The notes beneath the pieces were generated by a model, which was not told the DNA's origin, ran no database searches, and saw only the letters and a program-made list of their open reading frames with translations. Position numbers and translations under genes: made by a program. From Candidatus Micrarchaeota archaeon (GTDB lineage Archaea; Micrarchaeota; Micrarchaeia; Micrarchaeales; Micrarchaeaceae): 29,725 nt of DNA. Shown one piece after another: positions 5,979 to 15,542 of this stretch; within the stretch, counting starts at the first letter, position 1; each line of letters opens with the position of its first letter. The stretch is from NCBI GenBank assembly GCA_027345565.1, contig DAHWIF010000014.1:1-29725 (forward strand), read 5' to 3'.

Positions 5979-6743
5979 ATGGCGAAGACTGGCTTGGCTA
6001 TAGGAGCGATAGTTGTAGTTATAATAATCATAGCTGCGGTGTATTACGTAGCGACGTCCTATAAGGCGCCGACCACCACAACAACTGCGACGGCCGCAAC
6101 TGCGCCTACGACGGTCACGGCAGCTCCGACAACCGTTGCTGCAACGCCGATGATGAGCACGTTCAGCAAGAAGAGCGAGACTGCAAACGCGAGCAAAGCC
6201 TCCTCTGTAAGCGTGACTGCGCCAGACGGGGTGAATATTACGGCAATAATACCGGCAGGCACGTATGTATCGATAAACAACAAGAGCGTTTCGGCGTACA
6301 ACTTCACGTTGGCGACATTCAACATCACGAATGTTAGCAGCCCACCAGGCTACCCGAACCAAACACCAGCATACGGTTTCGCGTTCGAGGTGAATGGGCA
6401 GATAAGCCCGAGCATAACCTTCGTTAACAGCACAGGCGCACCTGTGCGCCTGACCACCGTTGCGCACTATCCGAACACCTGGGGCAGCTGGACGTTCCTT
6501 GGCGGTGCGTTCAATGCATCTACAGGCGCATATACTGGCGGAAGCTACGCATTCCAGGATACATGGACATATAACGCAACATCAGGGACGATGACGAACA
6601 CCCAGTTCTACAAGCCGGTTATGTGGATATTTACCATAGGGCCGGCGCACCAGTCACCTGCATCATCCACCACAACGGCCCAGCAGGCATCGACCACGGT
6701 GTCGACTACGGCTGGCGGCTACGGCGGTTATGGCTACCCTTGA
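5979..6743 (+). CDS. Membrane-anchored or secreted Thr-rich surface glycoprotein
   Basis: N-terminal hydrophobic helix, T/A/P-rich linker, multiple N-x-S/T sequons and a GGYGGYGYP tail. ATG at 5979 is preferred over GTG at 5967. Confidence 0.85.
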   Translation: MAKTGLAIGAIVVVIIIIAAVYYVATSYKAPTTTTTATAATAPTTVTAAPTTVAATPMMSTFSKKSETANASKASSVSVTAPDGVNITAIIPAGTYVSINNKSVSAYNFTLATFNITNVSSPPGYPNQTPAYGFAFEVNGQISPSITFVNSTGAPVRLTTVAHYPNTWGSWTFLGGAFNASTGAYTGGSYAFQDTWTYNATSGTMTNTQFYKPVMWIFTIGPAHQSPASSTTTAQQASTTVSTTAGGYGGYGYP

Positions 6744-6755
6744 CAACATGATTCC

Positions 6756-6932
6756 ATGACAGAAATAATTGTAAAGTCCACAAAAGACGGCCCTAACTTG
6801 GTCCTGATAGACGGTCAAGTGAAGTTTCACTTCTGCAGATGCGGCCACTCGAACCACAAACCAATGTGCGATGGCTCTCACAAGCGGGAGGGCTTCCAGG
6901 CGGAAGAGGCGGAAACGAAGATATTCGGCTAG
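6756..6932 (+). CDS. CDGSH iron-sulfur domain protein (58 aa); not in the ORF track
   Basis: Manual translation MTEIIVKSTKDGPNLVLIDGQVKFHFCRCGHSNHKPMCDGSHKREGFQAEEAETKIFG contains C-x-C-x2-S-x3-P-x-CDGSH. Confidence 0.93.
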   Translation: MTEIIVKSTKDGPNLVLIDGQVKFHFCRCGHSNHKPMCDGSHKREGFQAEEAETKIFG

Positions 6933-6940
6933 CCGCCACA

Positions 6941-6954
6941 AAAAGGTTTATATA
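6941..6954 (+). promoter_or_regulatory. BRE/TATA promoter of the L7Ae-S28e-L24e operon
   Basis: AAAAGG-TTTATATA upstream of the leader. Confidence 0.6.
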
Positions 6955-7003
6955 GCTTCAGACCAATAGCTATCCACAGTCTGTTCTTCTTTATTGGGGA
7001 GCC

Positions 7004-7034
7004 TAATACTGAATGACGGAAACCGACGGTGTTA
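7004..7034 (+). promoter_or_regulatory. Kink-turn in the rpl7ae 5' UTR (autoregulatory L7Ae binding site)
   Basis: C-stem TAATACTG/CGGTGTTA (8 bp with two G-U pairs), 3-nt bulge AAT, tandem GA/GA and a GAAA cap. It ends 2 nt before the ATG and sequesters GGTG. Confidence 0.75.
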
Positions 7035-7036
7035 AA

Positions 7037-7567
7037 ATGGCAAAATCTTACGTGAAGTTCGAGGTATCGAACGAGGTAGTCGCGAAGACATACGAAGCGC
7101 TCCAGCTGGCGAAGCAGTCTGGCTCTGTGAAGAAAGGGGCCAATGAGGTCACGAAGAGCGTGGAGCGAGGGCTCGCTACGTTTGTTGTGATAGCGACGGA
7201 CGTGGAGCCTGAAGAGGTTGTAATGCATATACCTATGATATGCGAGCAGAAGAAAATCGCATATACGTACGTGCCGAGCAAGCAGGAGCTAGGCAAGTCG
7301 ATAGGGCTGATCGTGCCGTGCGCAGCCATCGCGGTGGAGAACCAGGGTACCGCTACGGCTGTGATAAAGGATGTTATCGGAAGGGTCACCGGAAGCTCGA
7401 GAGCGGCGTCGCAGAAGGCCGCAGCGCCATCTGAGGGGCAGCCGAAAGTCGAGAAGAAGCCGAGGGCCAGAGCGCCAAAGAAAGATGCGCAGCAGGCGCC
7501 GCAGCAGGGCGCGGAGCAGGCGCAGGCACCGCAGCCCCCACAGGACACTGAGAAGGCAACGGAATGA
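7037..7567 (+). CDS. rpl7ae: Ribosomal protein L7Ae (eL8) with low-complexity C-terminal extension
   Basis: MAKSYVKFEV, KKGANEVTKSVERG and VIATDVEPEEVVMHIP. Start placed at ATG 7037. Confidence 0.96.
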   Translation: MAKSYVKFEVSNEVVAKTYEALQLAKQSGSVKKGANEVTKSVERGLATFVVIATDVEPEEVVMHIPMICEQKKIAYTYVPSKQELGKSIGLIVPCAAIAVENQGTATAVIKDVIGRVTGSSRAASQKAAAPSEGQPKVEKKPRARAPKKDAQQAPQQGAEQAQAPQPPQDTEKATE

Positions 7568-7571
7568 TTGA

Positions 7572-7805
7572 ATGGCCGAAGAGCAACAGAGGCAATTCTC
7601 CGGATACCTTGCAGAGATAGTAGAAATCAATACTAAGGCAAAGACCGGTATATACGGGGAGATATACTCTGTGAGCTGCAGGATCCTCGAAGGGAAGGAC
7701 AAGGGCAGGATAATAAGAAGGAACATGCTAGGACCTGCGAAGGTCGGCGACATAATCAGGCTGCCAGATACGAGCAGGGAAGCGAAAGAGATAAGGGTAA
7801 AGTAG
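7572..7805 (+). CDS. rps28e: 30S ribosomal protein S28e
   Basis: KTGIYGE, CRILEGKDKGRIIRRN and GPAKVGDI; conserved operon position. Confidence 0.95.
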   Translation: MAEEQQRQFSGYLAEIVEINTKAKTGIYGEIYSVSCRILEGKDKGRIIRRNMLGPAKVGDIIRLPDTSREAKEIRVK

Positions 7806-7812
7806 CGATTCG

Positions 7813-7995
7813 ATGAAATGCTCATACTGCTCCGGAGAAGTGCCGAAAGGGAGGGGGATAATGTATGTCTACAAGACCGGAAATGTCGGCTATTACTGCT
7901 CCAGCAAGTGCTATAAGAACGGCGTTGTGCTCAAGAGAAAGATATCGAGCAAGAATATCGCCGGCACCTCCAATGCGAAGAAACAGGCTGACTGA
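7813..7995 (+). CDS. rpl24e: 50S ribosomal protein L24e
   Basis: CSYC...GRGIMYV...YCSSKC zinc finger; follows S28e. Confidence 0.95.
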   Translation: MKCSYCSGEVPKGRGIMYVYKTGNVGYYCSSKCYKNGVVLKRKISSKNIAGTSNAKKQAD

Positions 7996-8016
7996 TAAAG
8001 CTAGACCATCAGCGCG

Positions 8017-9090
8017 CTAACCGCTCTCGAAAAGCTCGTCAAGGTCGAGGTCCTCATTCTCCTTTATCCTTTTTGTAAGCCCTTCATCGCTGTAATCCGG
8101 AAAGTTCACGCCGCTCACAACGAGCATGACCTTTAGCGAATCCTTCTGCATGTCGGGGTCTATCCTCGCCCCCCATTTCAGTAATGCATCATCCTTTATC
8201 CTTCCTGCCACCTCTTGGAATACGCTCTCCGCCTCCCTCAGAGTCATGCTCTCTCCGCCTATTATGTTGACGAGTGCCCTGTTCGCCGTCGCGAGATCCG
8301 CATCAAGCAGCGGGCTCCTTATCGCGTTATCCAACGCTATCTGCGCCCTGCCGGTTCCATCTCCTCCTGGCAGCCCTTCCCCTGTGCCTATCACAGCATA
8401 GCCTGAATCCTTCAGCACGCTGCGCAGGTCTGCAAAATCTATGTTAACCATGCCCGGCTTGGTCACCATCTCGACTATCCCTTTCGTGGCACCAGCGAGC
8501 ACCTCATCGGATATCCTGAACGCCATGTTGAGCGGGAGGTCAGGCGCCACGGAGAGCAGCTTGTTGTTGTGTATTATTATCGCGGTGTCGGTAACCTTCT
8601 TGAGTTTCGAAAGGCCCTCCAGCGCATTCCTCATTCTCGTCTTGCCCTCGCTTGAGAACGGCAGCGTCACGATCGCCACGGTCAGCGCGCCGGCTTCCTT
8701 AGCTTCGTGGGCTATTGTTGCTATCGATCCAGTGCCCGTGCCTCCGCCGAGCCCGCAGGTTACAAACACCAGTTGCGCATCTGAAAGCATGTGGCGTATT
8801 TCCTCCTTGCTCTCCACTGCAGCCTCTTCACCGACCTTTATGTCGCTGCCCGCACCCATGCCCCTAGTGACCTTCTTTCCGATCAGCAGCTTCCTCTCGG
8901 CCTTTGTCTTTACAAGGTGCGGAGCGTCCGTATTCATTGCGATCAGCGTAGCGCCCTGGATGCCTATGCTCGCCAGCCTTGTTATCGTGTTGCTTCCGCT
9001 GCCGCCTGTGCCCACAACATAGATCTTGGGCTTGGCGCTCTCTATGAATCTGAGTATCTCCTCGTCGTCCCTGCTCATCTCCGGAGCCAT
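8017..9090 (-). CDS. ftsZ: Cell division protein FtsZ
   Basis: GTGGSGSN, MNTDA, GLGGGTGTG, TLPFSSEG and NIDFADL. Confidence 0.98.
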   Translation of the reverse strand: MAPEMSRDDEEILRFIESAKPKIYVVGTGGSGSNTITRLASIGIQGATLIAMNTDAPHLVKTKAERKLLIGKKVTRGMGAGSDIKVGEEAAVESKEEIRHMLSDAQLVFVTCGLGGGTGTGSIATIAHEAKEAGALTVAIVTLPFSSEGKTRMRNALEGLSKLKKVTDTAIIIHNNKLLSVAPDLPLNMAFRISDEVLAGATKGIVEMVTKPGMVNIDFADLRSVLKDSGYAVIGTGEGLPGGDGTGRAQIALDNAIRSPLLDADLATANRALVNIIGGESMTLREAESVFQEVAGRIKDDALLKWGARIDPDMQKDSLKVMLVVSGVNFPDYSDEGLTKRIKENEDLDLDELFESG

Positions 9091-9199
9091 TCACTTACCT
9101 GGTCGTAAATGATGAATCTCTACAAAAGGATAAAAAGCTATTCGTATGTCGTTCGGCGAAACAAATATTAATGCACATAGCAAATATCCACTGGTTTCG

Positions 9200-10150
9200 A
9201 TGAAGAGGTCAAAGCTTAGCATCCTCAAAAGGCCAGTAGTTGACGTACGGCTAAAGAGAGGGATGCGCGTGTCGGAGCTTGTCAGTTCGATGGAATCCGT
9301 AGGCGGATTCTCTGCGCAGCACATGGTGAGGGGAGTAAGTATACTTGAAAAGATGATGAATGACAAGAGCTCTTTCAATTTCCTGTCCTTCCCTGCAGAC
9401 ATAGTGTCGACAGGCATACGCGGAGTCCTGGCGGGCATGGTGAGGCATTTCGACGCGATAATAACGACTGGAGGCACCCTGGACCACGACCTTGCCAGGG
9501 CCGCTGGCGGCAGATATAGCCTTGGGTCGTTCGGCGCGGACGACAGCGAGCTGCACAAGATGGGAGTATACCGGCTTGGCAACGTATTCATAGAGAACAA
9601 GGAGTACGGCCAGAAGCTAGAGGACACGTTCACTGCGATAATGGGCGACATCTACAGCTCGAAGGATTACAAGAAGGAGTACAGCGCAAGCGAGCTGATC
9701 TACGAGTTCGGCAAGCGCATCAAGGATAACGGATCCATAATAAGGCAGGCATACCTCAGCAACGTGCCTGTCTTCAACCCAGGCATACTCGACGGCGCGT
9801 TCGGCACACAGCTATCTATATTTGCGCAGGACCATGATTTCAAGCTCAACCTCATAAAGGACGAGCTGCGGCTGAGTGACATAGCGTTCGACAACAAGGT
9901 CACAGGGGCGCTGATGATAGGAGGGGGAATCAGCAAGCACCACGTGATATGGTGGAACCAGTTCAAGGGCGGGCTTGACTACGCAGTGTACATAACAACG
10001 GCAACGCAGTACGATGGAAGCCTCTCAGGAGCGCGCCTGCAGGAAGCCGTATCCTGGGGCAAGATAAAGGAAATGGCGGACTATGTCACGATAGACGGAG
10101 ACGCGACTATAATACTCCCAATAATGATATCTGCGATAGACATGGTATAG
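9200..10150 (+). CDS. dys: Deoxyhypusine synthase
   Basis: IITTGGTLDHD, RLGNVFI, IGGGISKHH, DGSLSGA, EAVSWGKI and GDATI. Start uncertain (9146 or 9200). Confidence 0.95.
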   Translation: MKRSKLSILKRPVVDVRLKRGMRVSELVSSMESVGGFSAQHMVRGVSILEKMMNDKSSFNFLSFPADIVSTGIRGVLAGMVRHFDAIITTGGTLDHDLARAAGGRYSLGSFGADDSELHKMGVYRLGNVFIENKEYGQKLEDTFTAIMGDIYSSKDYKKEYSASELIYEFGKRIKDNGSIIRQAYLSNVPVFNPGILDGAFGTQLSIFAQDHDFKLNLIKDELRLSDIAFDNKVTGALMIGGGISKHHVIWWNQFKGGLDYAVYITTATQYDGSLSGARLQEAVSWGKIKEMADYVTIDGDATIILPIMISAIDMV

Positions 10151-10158
10151 GTGAATAA

Positions 10159-10275
10159 ATGCAAAAGACCGTTTCAAGAAGAAAGAGGAAGATAGGCAAA
10201 CGATACAGGAACGTGCAGAAGGTCAGGCGCCTCAAGAGGGCGCACAGGCGCACATATCTACGGAGCAGAAGGTAG
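10159..10275 (+). CDS. Small highly basic protein (38 aa), eL41/eS32-like ribosomal protein candidate; not in the ORF track
   Basis: MQKTVSRRKRKIGKRYRNVQKVRRLKRAHRRTYLRSRR, preceded by SD AGGTGA (10149-10154). Confidence 0.6.
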   Translation: MQKTVSRRKRKIGKRYRNVQKVRRLKRAHRRTYLRSRR

Positions 10276-10295
10276 ACTGCAAACCTGGACATGGA

Positions 10296-10895
10296 TCAAC
10301 TGATGTCGGTCTGCGTCATGTCGTTGAATTCATAAGCTGTCGTATCCGCGTCTATGTTCAGCGAGGCGACCAGTTCCTGCTTTGTAGCGAACTTCCTTAT
10401 TCCGTCGCCGAGGTCGAACATGTACACGGCTCCGGAAAACTCGCAATGCACGAATATCCTTCTGGCATCTCCTTTCATCACTACGGCAACCTTGGACGAT
10501 GGGTTGCCCAGGGCGATCAGTATCGAGCATAGGAGTGCGCACCTATCCAATATGTCGCCCATCATGAATGCGAGCGTCTCCTCCGTGGCAAGCCAGAACT
10601 GCAATGGCAGGACTACGTCATCCACGTTGTTCCTGACGAACTCGAAAGCCGCAGTGCCGGCCTCCCTAAAATCTTTTTCATAATCGTACCTTTCGAAAGA
10701 GGATTTAATCTCGTCGACTTTGGCAGCGACCGCCACGTTCTTCGGGGTCACCAGCACAGGCAGCTCCGCCAAAGATATGCTTTCGTGCTCCTCGATATAA
10801 TCCCTGTACCTCGATATTATCGCTAGGTATAGCCTGTTTAGCTTTTCAAGAGTCCTGACCCTACCAACGTCCAAATCCTCCCCCATATCCACCAT
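10296..10895 (-). CDS. Transglutaminase-like fold protein, apparently lacking the catalytic Cys
   Basis: FWLATEETL...GDILDRCALLCSILIALG matches the W..P.ETL...GDCeD.A.Ll.SlL...G pattern, with Cys replaced by Ile. Confidence 0.6.
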   Translation of the reverse strand: MVDMGEDLDVGRVRTLEKLNRLYLAIISRYRDYIEEHESISLAELPVLVTPKNVAVAAKVDEIKSSFERYDYEKDFREAGTAAFEFVRNNVDDVVLPLQFWLATEETLAFMMGDILDRCALLCSILIALGNPSSKVAVVMKGDARRIFVHCEFSGAVYMFDLGDGIRKFATKQELVASLNIDADTTAYEFNDMTQTDIS

Positions 10896-10951
10896 TATTA
10901 ATATGGATACAAAGTGCTAAAATCGTTCTTTTCGCAACCGGAATAGAGAAC

Positions 10952-12682
10952 ATGGAGAACAAGGGCATCGCCGATATCCTAAATGTGATAGCGAAGCTGC
11001 TCAGCCTAAGTGAGAAGCCTACAGCCAGGTTTGAGGTGAGGGCGTACCAGAAAGCAGCCCTGACAATAGAGACATTGCAGGAGCCAATAGAGGATATCTA
11101 CAAAAAGGGAGGGACGAAAGCGCTGATGGAGCTGCCTGGCGTAGGGAAGTCGATAGCTGGGCATATAGAGGAGTACATCAAGACTGGCAAGATAAAGAAG
11201 TACGAGGAGCTGAAGAGGAAGTATCCTGTTGACATCGCCTCGCTCACTGCGATAAGCGGCGTTGGAGCAAAGAAAGCGATAACACTTTACAAGGAACTCG
11301 GCATAAAGAATATCGAAGGCCTGAAAAGGGCCATAGCGTCCCACAAGATAAGCGGGTTGGAAGGCTTCGGCGAAAAAAGCGAGGATGCGATTCTAAAGGG
11401 ATTGAGCGTATACGAGGCGAGCAAGGGGCGCATGTTCATAGGCGATGCACTTCCTGAAGCGGAAACGCTGGTCAGGAAGCTCAAAGATAGCGGCCTGACA
11501 GAGCGGGTCATGATAGCCGGCTCGACAAGGAGGATGCGAGATACGGTCGGCGACCTTGACATACTTGTGATATCAAAAAGGAACGAGGAGGTGATGGACT
11601 TCTTCACGAAGATGAAAGAGGTATCCGGAGTGGTAGCAAAGGGCCCTACGAAGTCTACGGTGACGCTGAAGCTGGGGCTGAACTGCGATTTGCGTGTGCT
11701 GGAGCCGCAGAGCTTCGGTGCGGCTGTGCAGTACTTCACAGGCAGCAGAGACCATAACATACAGACAAGGACAATAGCCGTAAGGAAGGGCTATAAGCTG
11801 AATGAGTATGGCCTCTTTGATAGGAGGAACAGGAACATCGGCGGAGCTGAGGAGGAGAGCATATACGAGAAGCTCGGCATGCAGTGGGTGCCCCCTGAGA
11901 TGAGGGAAGCGAGAGGCGAAGTCGAGCTCGCGCTGAAGCACAAGATACCGGTTCTTGTAGAGCAGAAAGACATCCGCGGGGACCTGCATACCCACACAAA
12001 AGAGAGCGACGGCGCCAACACCCTTGAAGAGATGGCCGAGGCTGCGCAGAAGCTTGGCTATGAGTACATAGCGAATACAGACCATACAAAAAGCACTCGT
12101 ATAGCGAACGGCAAGGATGACAAGGGGTTCGAGAAGATACTGAAGAGCGTGGACGAGCTTAACGACAGGCTTGACGGGAAGATCACCGTACTGAAGGGCG
12201 CAGAGTGCGACATACTGAAAGACGGGTCGTTGGACCTTAGCAGCAAGACCCTAAGGCAGATGGATTGCGTCCTGGGCGCGGTGCACAATAGCACGAAAAT
12301 GGATAAGAAGCAGATGACCGAGAGGATAGTCAAGGCGATTGACAGCGGGATGATTCATGTGCTTGCCCATCCTACGGGGCGAATAGTCGGAGAGCGCGAG
12401 CCCTACCAGGTCGATCTCGAGAAGGTGGCTGAAGCCGCAGAGAGGAACGGCGTGGCGATGGAGATAAATTCCACTAGGAGGATGGACTTAAACGACACAA
12501 ACATAATGCTTGTCTCGAAGTACAAGGTGATGTTTGCAATAGACACGGATTCCCATAGGACGCATGAATATTCGATGGTGAGGTACGGTGTTGGAACAGC
12601 AAGGAGAGGATGGCTGACCAAAGACAGGGTGCTGAATGCATTGCCGCTTAAGGAACTGATAAAAAGGCTTGGGAAGCAATAG
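10952..12682 (+). CDS. polX: DNA polymerase X family with C-terminal PHP domain
   Basis: HhH LPGVGKSI, GSTRRMRDTVGDLDIL, CDLR, YFTGS and LNEYGLF. PHP motifs DLHTHT, TDH, AHP and DTDSH. Confidence 0.97.
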   Translation: MENKGIADILNVIAKLLSLSEKPTARFEVRAYQKAALTIETLQEPIEDIYKKGGTKALMELPGVGKSIAGHIEEYIKTGKIKKYEELKRKYPVDIASLTAISGVGAKKAITLYKELGIKNIEGLKRAIASHKISGLEGFGEKSEDAILKGLSVYEASKGRMFIGDALPEAETLVRKLKDSGLTERVMIAGSTRRMRDTVGDLDILVISKRNEEVMDFFTKMKEVSGVVAKGPTKSTVTLKLGLNCDLRVLEPQSFGAAVQYFTGSRDHNIQTRTIAVRKGYKLNEYGLFDRRNRNIGGAEEESIYEKLGMQWVPPEMREARGEVELALKHKIPVLVEQKDIRGDLHTHTKESDGANTLEEMAEAAQKLGYEYIANTDHTKSTRIANGKDDKGFEKILKSVDELNDRLDGKITVLKGAECDILKDGSLDLSSKTLRQMDCVLGAVHNSTKMDKKQMTERIVKAIDSGMIHVLAHPTGRIVGEREPYQVDLEKVAEAAERNGVAMEINSTRRMDLNDTNIMLVSKYKVMFAIDTDSHRTHEYSMVRYGVGTARRGWLTKDRVLNALPLKELIKRLGKQ

Positions 12683-12695
12683 CGAGCATGATCGG

Positions 12696-13631
12696 ATGAA
12701 CGAAAAAACAAAATCCGTGCTCTTGCTGTATAAAGATGAGATACTGCACAGGGATGCCTACGCGGCGTTCTTGAAATCGGAGAGGAACGCAAATGTGGCA
12801 AAGGCCATCAAAAAGCTGACAGCTCTGGAGGCCAAGCACGCGAACCTATGGGGAGAATTCCTGGAAGAGAACGGGGTTGAGAGGCCGAAAGCCAAGGCAG
12901 GCCCAGACCTGTTCCTCGTAACGCTCTGCAAGGCGATATTCGGACTTGCTGTTACCGTGAAGCTCATAGAGCACATGGAGGAATGGCACCACAAGCGTTT
13001 CACAAAAGCGATAAGCGCATCGCGTCTCTCGCGCAAGGAGGAGGAGATAATAAAAAAGGTCCGGAAGAGCGAGTACAATGATGAGGCTAAACTGGAGGAC
13101 TGGCTTGTCGGCAGGAACACGTTTTTCAACAACATACGCGATGTGATGTTCGGGATGAACGACGGCTTGGTAGAGCTGCTCGCCGTTGTAGTTGGGCTTG
13201 CCGCCGCGCTCAGGACCCCATACCTTGTATTCGTGGCAGGCGGCATAACCGCAATAGCCGGAACGCTCTCTATGGCATCTGGCGCGTACCTTTCCACAGG
13301 CTACCAGAAGGACATAGACAAGAAATTCGCTGTCGCCAGCGCCACTCCAACCGCGAAATCCTCCGGCTTCTATGTAGGTATATTCTATCTGATTGGCACG
13401 GCATTCCCGCTTGCGCCGTTCGCATTCGGGTACTCCGGTGCAGCCGGTATAGCCACAGCGATAATCTTAACGTCAATAGTCCTGGTAATCACATCGTCAA
13501 TGATAGCGCTCGCGAGCGATAGGAGTATAGCCAGAAGCGTTGGCAAGACACTCGCCTTTTCGCTCGGTGCAGCAGTAATCACAATACTGCTAGGCACATA
13601 CGTCAGGATGGCGTTCCACATAACGATATAA
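12696..13631 (+). CDS. Ferritin/rubrerythrin-like domain fused to a VIT1/CCC1 iron transporter (MbfA-like)
   Basis: N-terminal DE...Y...ExxH (LEAKHA). IRDVMFGMNDGL and AGTLSMASGAYLS VIT1 motifs followed by TM helices. Confidence 0.9.
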   Translation: MNEKTKSVLLLYKDEILHRDAYAAFLKSERNANVAKAIKKLTALEAKHANLWGEFLEENGVERPKAKAGPDLFLVTLCKAIFGLAVTVKLIEHMEEWHHKRFTKAISASRLSRKEEEIIKKVRKSEYNDEAKLEDWLVGRNTFFNNIRDVMFGMNDGLVELLAVVVGLAAALRTPYLVFVAGGITAIAGTLSMASGAYLSTGYQKDIDKKFAVASATPTAKSSGFYVGIFYLIGTAFPLAPFAFGYSGAAGIATAIILTSIVLVITSSMIALASDRSIARSVGKTLAFSLGAAVITILLGTYVRMAFHITI

Positions 13632-13751
13632 ATCTCTTGATGTCATCCCACTTATACTCCTTGGGCGTAGAAAAGGCGGCAATAACCCTATCAGATAACT
13701 ATAAATACTTCTTTCATCAAATTAGTTCTGCTTATTATAGAGGGTGACGGT

Positions 13752-14018
13752 ATGGCAGATGAAAAGAAGATAGCGGAGATGATTGTCCAGATATCCGCTA
13801 GGATGGATATGCTGCTGAATGACACCAGCGTACCAAAGAATGTTCGAACAGCGATTGCCGAAGCAAAGGCTAAGCTCAACGAAAAAGGCGATGATACTGT
13901 AAGGATAGCATCCGCCATATACAGCATAGACGGCGTCAGCAATGACATAAACTTGCCGGCGCAGGCGAGGACTATGCTGTGGAGCATACTTAGCATGCTT
14001 GAGGCCATCAAAGAATGA
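13752..14018 (+). CDS. UPF0147 family protein
   Basis: NDTSVPKNVR...SNDINLP...RTMLWSILSMLE; upstream TATAAATA at about 13700. Confidence 0.88.
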   Translation: MADEKKIAEMIVQISARMDMLLNDTSVPKNVRTAIAEAKAKLNEKGDDTVRIASAIYSIDGVSNDINLPAQARTMLWSILSMLEAIKE

Positions 14019-14021
14019 CAC

Positions 14022-15542
14022 ATGGCTAGCAAAGATGCTCTAAAAGAGCTTTCTTCCACTCTTTCGAAGGCAAGGATACTGCTGGCAGCGGATGTTGACG
14101 AATCTCTTGTAAGCGGCGCTGAGATGAATACAGTAGTCGCTAGGCTTGTCGAAATGCACAAGGCCGACGCGGGACTGAGCATAGCCACTAAGGAGGAGAT
14201 CGTGGCGATTGTGGACCAAATAACGAAGGAAAAGGCTCCCATGCCTGTCAAGGTGAAATTAAAAGCCGGATTCGCCGCCGCGGCTTCGGAAATAGATGCA
14301 TACTACAAGATAACAAACAAGGAGAGGCTCACGACAGGGGGCAGCATAGACGATTTCGTAGACCACTTTAAGAACAGGCTGGACAAGATCAGAAGGATAC
14401 TGGAGGAAAGAAGGACCGGCGCCGCAATCTCACAGAGCATATCCGCCACGAGGAGCTACATGAGCGGGCGAGAAGTCACGATTGTAGGGATGGTAACCAC
14501 GAAAATCGCCACGAAGAAGGGGAACATCATGGTCGTTGTAGAGGACGACACCGCAGAAATAAAAGTGATGTTCATGAACGGCACATCGCACCAGTCGAAG
14601 GGCCTGTTCGATAGCAGCAAGCGCCTCGTGAACGACGAAGTCGTAGCTATACGGGGGAAGCTCTCGAACCAGTTCCTCATGGCGAACGAGATCTTGTGGC
14701 CTGACGTGCCGATAAAGGAGCAGAAGACGGTCAGGGACGACATAGCGATAGCCTTCATGTCAGACATACACGTCGGCAGCAAGCAGTTCATGCAGAAGAA
14801 CTTCGAGAAGATGCTAAAATGGCTGAATGGCGAGGTCCAGTCGAGGGAGGACAGGATAGCCGGGAAGATAAAGTACATAATAATGGCTGGCGACGTTGCA
14901 GACGGCATAGGGATCTACCCAGATCAGGAGTACGACCTCGCTATACACGACATATACCTGCAATACAAGCTCCTTTTCAACTTCATAAGCATGATACCGG
15001 ACTACATACACGTGTTCGTCATGCCTGGAAACCACGATGCGGTTGGCAGGGCGGAGCCACAGCCTGCCCTCGGAGAGGAGCTTATCAAGGATTTCAAGCT
15101 TGACAACGTCCACATAGTAACAAACCCGAGCTATATCAATCTCCATGGGCTGGATGTGCTTGCATATCATGGCACATCGCTCGATTCCATAATACGTGCA
15201 ATCCCAGACCTTAGTTACGCAGCTCCGGAGAAAGCGATGGTCGAGGTGCTGAAGCGCAGGCACCTTTCGCCGGTGTACGGCGGCAATGTCATAGTGCCTA
15301 GCAAGGAGGACCAGCTGGTCATAGACAAGGTGCCCGACATACTGCACATGGGGCACATACACAAGAACGGCATCGCAGAGTACCATGGGGTAAGAATAGT
15401 TAACAGCGGCACATGGCAGGGCACAACAAGTTTCCAGCAGAGGTCTGGGCACATACCAACGCCATGCATGCTGCCGGTATACGAAGCGTCGACCGGCAGG
15501 TTCACCACCATAAACTTCGAGGATGACGAGAGATGGAAATAG
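14022..15542 (+). CDS. polB: DNA polymerase D small subunit DP1 (3'-5' exonuclease)
   Basis: OB fold followed by SDIHVGS, AGDVADGIGIYP, PGNHD, AEPQP, YHG, RRHLSP, GHIH and NSGTWQ. Confidence 0.97.
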   Translation: MASKDALKELSSTLSKARILLAADVDESLVSGAEMNTVVARLVEMHKADAGLSIATKEEIVAIVDQITKEKAPMPVKVKLKAGFAAAASEIDAYYKITNKERLTTGGSIDDFVDHFKNRLDKIRRILEERRTGAAISQSISATRSYMSGREVTIVGMVTTKIATKKGNIMVVVEDDTAEIKVMFMNGTSHQSKGLFDSSKRLVNDEVVAIRGKLSNQFLMANEILWPDVPIKEQKTVRDDIAIAFMSDIHVGSKQFMQKNFEKMLKWLNGEVQSREDRIAGKIKYIIMAGDVADGIGIYPDQEYDLAIHDIYLQYKLLFNFISMIPDYIHVFVMPGNHDAVGRAEPQPALGEELIKDFKLDNVHIVTNPSYINLHGLDVLAYHGTSLDSIIRAIPDLSYAAPEKAMVEVLKRRHLSPVYGGNVIVPSKEDQLVIDKVPDILHMGHIHKNGIAEYHGVRIVNSGTWQGTTSFQQRSGHIPTPCMLPVYEASTGRFTTINFEDDERWK

